DNA of 64,000 nucleotides, taken from the NCBI GenBank assembly GCA_030295235.1, contig AP026124.1, positions 1,922,001 through 1,986,000 of the forward strand. The letters are read 5' to 3'. Below are positions 59,108-64,000 of this stretch, piece by piece. Source of the DNA: Fistulifera solaris (lineage: Eukaryota). The translations under genes and the position numbers were made by a program. The stretch's first letter is position 1. Each line of letters begins with the position of its first letter. The notes beneath the pieces were generated by a model that was not told the DNA's origin, searched no databases, and was given only the letters and a program-made list of their open reading frames with translations.

Positions 59108-61245
59108 TTAGGAAGAAACGACTCTCATTGCTATTACGTGTGCACCTCCAGCGGCCACCCTCAGTCGTGATATGTCTTCGGGATAACCGGGAATGAGAGG
59201 GACAAGTGCACCCAAGGCTTGAGTGAGCTGATGCGCATCATCCGTAGAACCATTGGCCAAGTTCCCGTGTTCGTTCCAACCACAACCCCAGATGCGATCT
59301 TTCGCATCGACCAGTACTGTAGACTCCGAACCGCAATCCAGTGATTCAATCGCAGCGGAGTGATCCTGGAAGAGATACGTAGGCCGTGTGACACAACTTG
59401 TATCCGCCAGACCCAGTTGGCCTTTATCGTTTCGTCCCCACCCCCAAACTACTGTTTGATTGTCGTCATTTTGCGCTAACACAACGGTATGAGACCATCC
59501 GCAGTGAATCGTTTGCACTCTCCATGTGCTGCCCATTTCCACCAGTCCCGGACTTGGGTCTGCCTTGTTTCGAGTTTCTCGACCTAATTGACCATATTGA
59601 TTGTCGCCAAACGTCCACACTCGGCCTTTCTCATCCAAAGCTACTGTGTGTCTCCTTCCACATACTACTTGAAGGATGCTCGAGTCACTGGGCGTCCAAG
59701 AACTTCCCTCTAAACATTGACCAAACTTGCGGCATCCAAAGGTAATGAGTTGGCCGTCTTTGGTGACACATGCGGAGTGAAAGAGTCCAGCGGCTACCTC
59801 TTTAAACATATCATTTTTGTAAAGTGCGATTTCCTTTGCCTCAAATATAGACAGAGATTTCTTATCGATTTGTCCGTTCACTTGTCCCCGGCTGTTGTCG
59901 CCAAAGGCAAACAATTTTCCCGTCCCCCGTTCCAGGACCAGCGTATGAGAGAATCCCAGTGCCACTTTGTCGACCACTATTTGTGCGAGCGGCTGGATCG
60001 GGCGGATCGGTAACGGCGAGTCTGACACGCCGGGAGTCATTCCCAGTTGTCCATGTTCGTTCCATCCCCACAAATACAATCGACCTTCTTGGGTCAAAAG
60101 CGCACTGTGACCACCTCCTGCGTAAATTCCCGTAGATGGATCGGACCGTCGGGAGATGCACAACACGGATTCTGTCATGAAATAAACGTCTTCTCCCTGG
60201 TGCAGATCACCGACCGCATCTTTCAATAGCAATTGATTGTGTTGATTGGAACCCGCCGCAACGAAGAAGAACAACGTGGCATCGCGTTGAAACGTTTTGG
60301 TCATGGATGAGAGAATGTACGTATCATCAAAGAGTTGTTCCATTTGGGACGCCGCCGTGGATGATTCTAAAAAGGCATCCAATTGGTGTAAGTATTCATG
60401 ATTGGTGCCACTGGGACCGACGGCGACCGACAGGACGGCTTGGAATGGGTGAGCTGTTACAGGTTACAGTGCGAGCCACTGCACACCATCCACGTCCTAC
60501 TTACCCGCAGCAAACGGTAAATCACGTAACACTCGAGGCCATATGGCGGGATTGTCCAAAGTCCCTCGATACAACAAGGCTTGCAATACGTCACCCGTTT
60601 GATCGTCAATGACATCAATCACATCCCTGGCGTAACCCTTCCGAAATGAGTCAGTACACGTGGAGCTCCATCACTATTCAACAATGTTTGCACAACTTAC
60701 ACCCTTTTCTCGAAAATCCAATTCCGCCAAACATTCGTCCACGAGTTCCGACGGCACTTCGTACACCAGTCCTTCGGTAAAGGTCGGCGAGTCATAGTCC
60801 AACGATCGCAGTTGCCGCACTTCTTGATCTTTCAGCAAGGTACACACAATTCCTGGAAAGGACGGAACTCCTCGATGATCGGTACTTTTTGCGCCCAACA
60901 CCGACGGTATCCTCGTGCCTTCGCGGGACGATGGTGGACTGACGCATGCGCGAGGGCCCCCGCTCCTGGGTTCCAACACAATGATCCGTATCCAAAGAGA
61001 CGCAAACAACCTTGATTCTGTTCGATTAGCTCTTGAACGGCGGCATGTTCTGGTACAATTCCACCAACGTATATCTGTGCGACTGGATCCCAGACCGGTG
61101 TGCCTTCTTCTGTTGTGGGTTGCATCTGACGCGTGGTCGACAACGGATGATGATGATGATGATGATTCGTCCAGCAAAATATCAGCGCGGGGAGTGTAGC
61201 GACAATCAACACGAAGCGAGGAAACAGATATTGCGATGCAGGCAT
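59108..61245 (-). CDS. ChaC-family gamma-glutamylcyclotransferase fused to an RCC1-repeat beta-propeller
   Basis: LFGYGSLCW, STDHRG.P.FPG.V.TL, LDFREKGGY, GPSGTNHEYL. Introns 60638..60700 and 60439..60504 splice in frame into the ORF with repeated G.N..GQLG / V.CG..H motifs. Missing base at 60886-60890. Confidence 0.85.
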
Positions 61246-61495
61246 AAGAGAGAAACGCGTGTGTGTTTGTGTGATCGGACCCCTATTGTTGGAAGAATGG
61301 CCGTCATTATGGTCGAAAATAAAATGAAGCAAAATAGGCCGAAAAATCCTGGTTGGAACACACAACACAAAGTGTCAGAAAACTAAGTCTAAGCATAAAC
61401 AGTAGAGGGTATCTCGGAACGGTAGCCGATTGTTAGTCGATGTCGCAGTGTGTTTGCAAATTGCAGGGACAGACTGGACCCAGTTTGTGACTGCA

Positions 61496-61518
61496 ATGAC
61501 TCATGACGACTCATGACT
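61496..61518 (+). promoter_or_regulatory. Tandem TGACTCA-type element including copy 3 of GACGACTCATGACT
   Basis: ATGACTCAT followed by GACGACTCATGACT between the divergent ChaC-RCC1 and POLK genes. Confidence 0.5.
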
Positions 61519-61949
61519 AACTGATCATGAACCTCCTCACAGATTGCCGAGGCACCACAGTGACATACACTGTTGTATCAACTTACACGGGACACGGTCC
61601 TTTTGAAAAGATCGGCGCCAAGCACAAAAATAATTCGAGGAACAAAAACGCATGAACACCCGGTCTCGCATTTCATTTGGGGAGCGCACAACATCGAGGA
61701 CACAACAACAAAGTTCCATCCTTCCAAAGAGGAAGCCTTTTTTTATACTAGAGTAGAAAGAATCTGTCTACGTAGTAACACCGCACGATAGACGCAGTAC
61801 TCAAATAGTCATACAGAATAGTGTGGTGCCATCCGTGAAAAACTTGCCTCCACATTCCAGAAGGCGCGCACTGCTTTACTTTTCCCTGCCGGCCGTCATA
61901 ATAATGGACTTTGAATACATTCTACGTAGAGAGAAAAGAGAGGAAGTAA

Positions 61950-64000
61950 ATGCTGAATCCCTACAAACGAAAAAGATCGAGAGAAGAGCTTCCGGCGGAG
62001 GAAACAACGGCGGACGCATCCGCACTGGTCATCGCGGCAGCCGACAAGGCCGGCATGGACGGCATCGATCGTCGTCGCATCGATGCCATTATTTTACGCG
62101 AATCGGGAAATTCACTCTATATTCAACAACAAAAGAGAAGAGACGAGAAAGTCAATGAACGAATCGTTGCGATGAAGAAGAAACTACAGAATCAAAGGAC
62201 TCTCTACCCGCAGTGGCCCCACGAAAGTCTCCCCGCCATCGACCGCATGTTGACCGAATGCATTCGGAAACGACCAAATCGATCAACCTGTGTGGTCGTG
62301 GACATGGATATGTTTTACATGGCCTGCGAATTGTTAACTCGACCCGAATTGCACGACAAACCCGCTTGTGTCGGTGGTGGAATGATTCTTACAAGTAATT
62401 ACCCGGCACGCAAATACGGTGTCCGCAGTGCCATGGCGGGTTGGATTGGGGATGCTCTCGTCCGAGAATTGTCCAATGGCACGGAAGAATTGATTCATGT
62501 TCCGTCAAATCACCAAAAATACGCGCAACAATCGCAAGTGGTACGGTCCGTCTTGGCCGAATACGATCCACAGTTGCGAGCGTACAGTTTGGATGAAGCC
62601 TTTCTCAATTTGGGACCGTACTTGGCGTGTCATCTTCTGCATCCAGAATGGTCTCATGAACAAATCAGTAAGACATTAAGGGAAGGTCAAGAGGATGGGG
62701 ATGTGAAAGCTTCGTCCGAAAGCGAATACGATGACAATGGTCCCGACGACGATTCTATACAAAACGAGAGCCATGACAAATTGTCCTATCTAGAGACACT
62801 TGGTCAATTTTCCAACCATACTTGTTTGGAAGCAGCGGGAAAGATTCTTACAGATATGCGACAAAAAGTCTTTGAACGCACGGGTGGCTTGACGTGTTCC
62901 GCTGGTTTGGCGCCAAATTTTATGATGGCCAAGATTGCCAGTGATCGAAACAAACCCAATGGACAATGTCTCGTGGCCAGTGATCAAGATTCCATTCGGG
63001 AGTTCCTTTACCCAATGGCCACGCGCAAAGTATCCGGCATTGGTCGCGTGACGGAGAAACTATTGAGAGCGTTTGATATCCACACCGTCGAACACATGTA
63101 CGAGCAGCGTGCGTTGATTCAACAATTATTCACCCCCGTGCAAGCCAACTTTTTACTACAAGCATCGGTGGGATGCTCCAGTTCCGATAATTTTCTAGAA
63201 GATGAACAAGAGGAAAGCAAAGGAGGAGGTCAAAAGGGATCAGTCGCGAACGAACTTTCCGTCCCGGTCACTCATGGAACGAAATCAACGCTCGACTCGA
63301 AGATATAGGACGCCTACTATCGAGTGACATGCAACGGAAAAGCTTCTGGGCACACACCATCACTGTCAAGGTGAAGTTGCACACATTCGACGTCTTGTCA
63401 CGGGCACGGACTTTGCCGCGCGGTGTGTTTGTCCAGTCGCCCGAAGATCTGGTCCGGCATTCGACGGAACTGTTGGCGGAAGTGAGACACGAATTCATGG
63501 CCAGTCCGGAGCACCGTTCCAAACCCTTTTCCGTTCGCTTGTTGGGCATTCGCTGCAACAACTTTCGTCACGAGCAGGAAACGGAAAGTACCGGGTGGGA
63601 TCAGTTGAATCTAGATCAATTTCTTCTCCCCCGATCGACGTTGCCTGTTTTCCGTGCCGCCGCAGCCCAGGAAGGGATCATCGCACGTTGTGACACAAAC
63701 ATGAAAGAAATATTTCACGACAGCCCGACTTTCGAAGTGGAAGGAACGAACGATCACGACGACGCATACGATGCAACGACCATTATGCCAACCAATGACT
63801 GTGAAAAAATCACAGCTACCTGTCCCGTTTGTGGACTGTCTCTTCCACCCAATGACAACCTACTGGTCAATCAGCACATTGATACTTGTCTCAGTGGACG
63901 CGCGGTCCGAGAAGTTATCCGAGAGGCTTCCCTCCTTCCACACAAGGGCCATTCGAAAAAATCCCAACTCGACTACTATTTTGCCCGTCGAACAGAATAA
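61950..64000 (+). CDS. POLK: DNA polymerase kappa (Y-family, DinB)
   Basis: N-clasp DKAGMDG, VVVDMDMFY, SLDEAFL, AKIASDRNKPNGQ, little finger, C-terminal UBZ (CPVC..HIDTC) and PIP-like QLDYYF. Missing A at 63232-63235. Confidence 0.93.

Noticed and set aside
1..64000. Transposons, viral inserts or CRISPR arrays
   Set aside because: I saw no transposase, RT or integrase ORFs, LTRs, long TIRs or regularly spaced repeats.

Overview
Gene-dense eukaryotic nuclear DNA with short GT-AG introns (mostly 57-85 nt). It is most likely a diatom or related photosynthetic stramenopile, judged from bipartite ASA-F-type plastid presequences, nuclear infA and an HSP90 ending MEQVD; I cannot name the species. 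About 32 protein genes and one tRNA-Leu(CAG) are recognisable, including NDUFAF1/CIA30, AAGAB/p34, Gln-dependent NAD synthetase, a TopoVI-B-like protein, SAR1, GCN2, a dynamin-related GTPase, HSP90, NDC80, RPC1 and Pol kappa. Many genes are broken by 1-nt indels in short homopolymers, which points to uncorrected long-read assembly error rather than pseudogenisation. Highlights: (1) a probable single-nucleotide micro-exon at 30620 that completes the APE motif of the GCN2 kinase; (2) an in-frame ChaC glutathione cyclotransferase-RCC1 propeller fusion; (3) a low-MW thioredoxin reductase-glutaredoxin fusion with a likely membrane anchor; (4) two recurring intergenic motifs, GACGACTCATGACT and TACCWGGTA; (5) a GC-rich structured island downstream of HSP90. 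I saw no transposons or CRISPR arrays.
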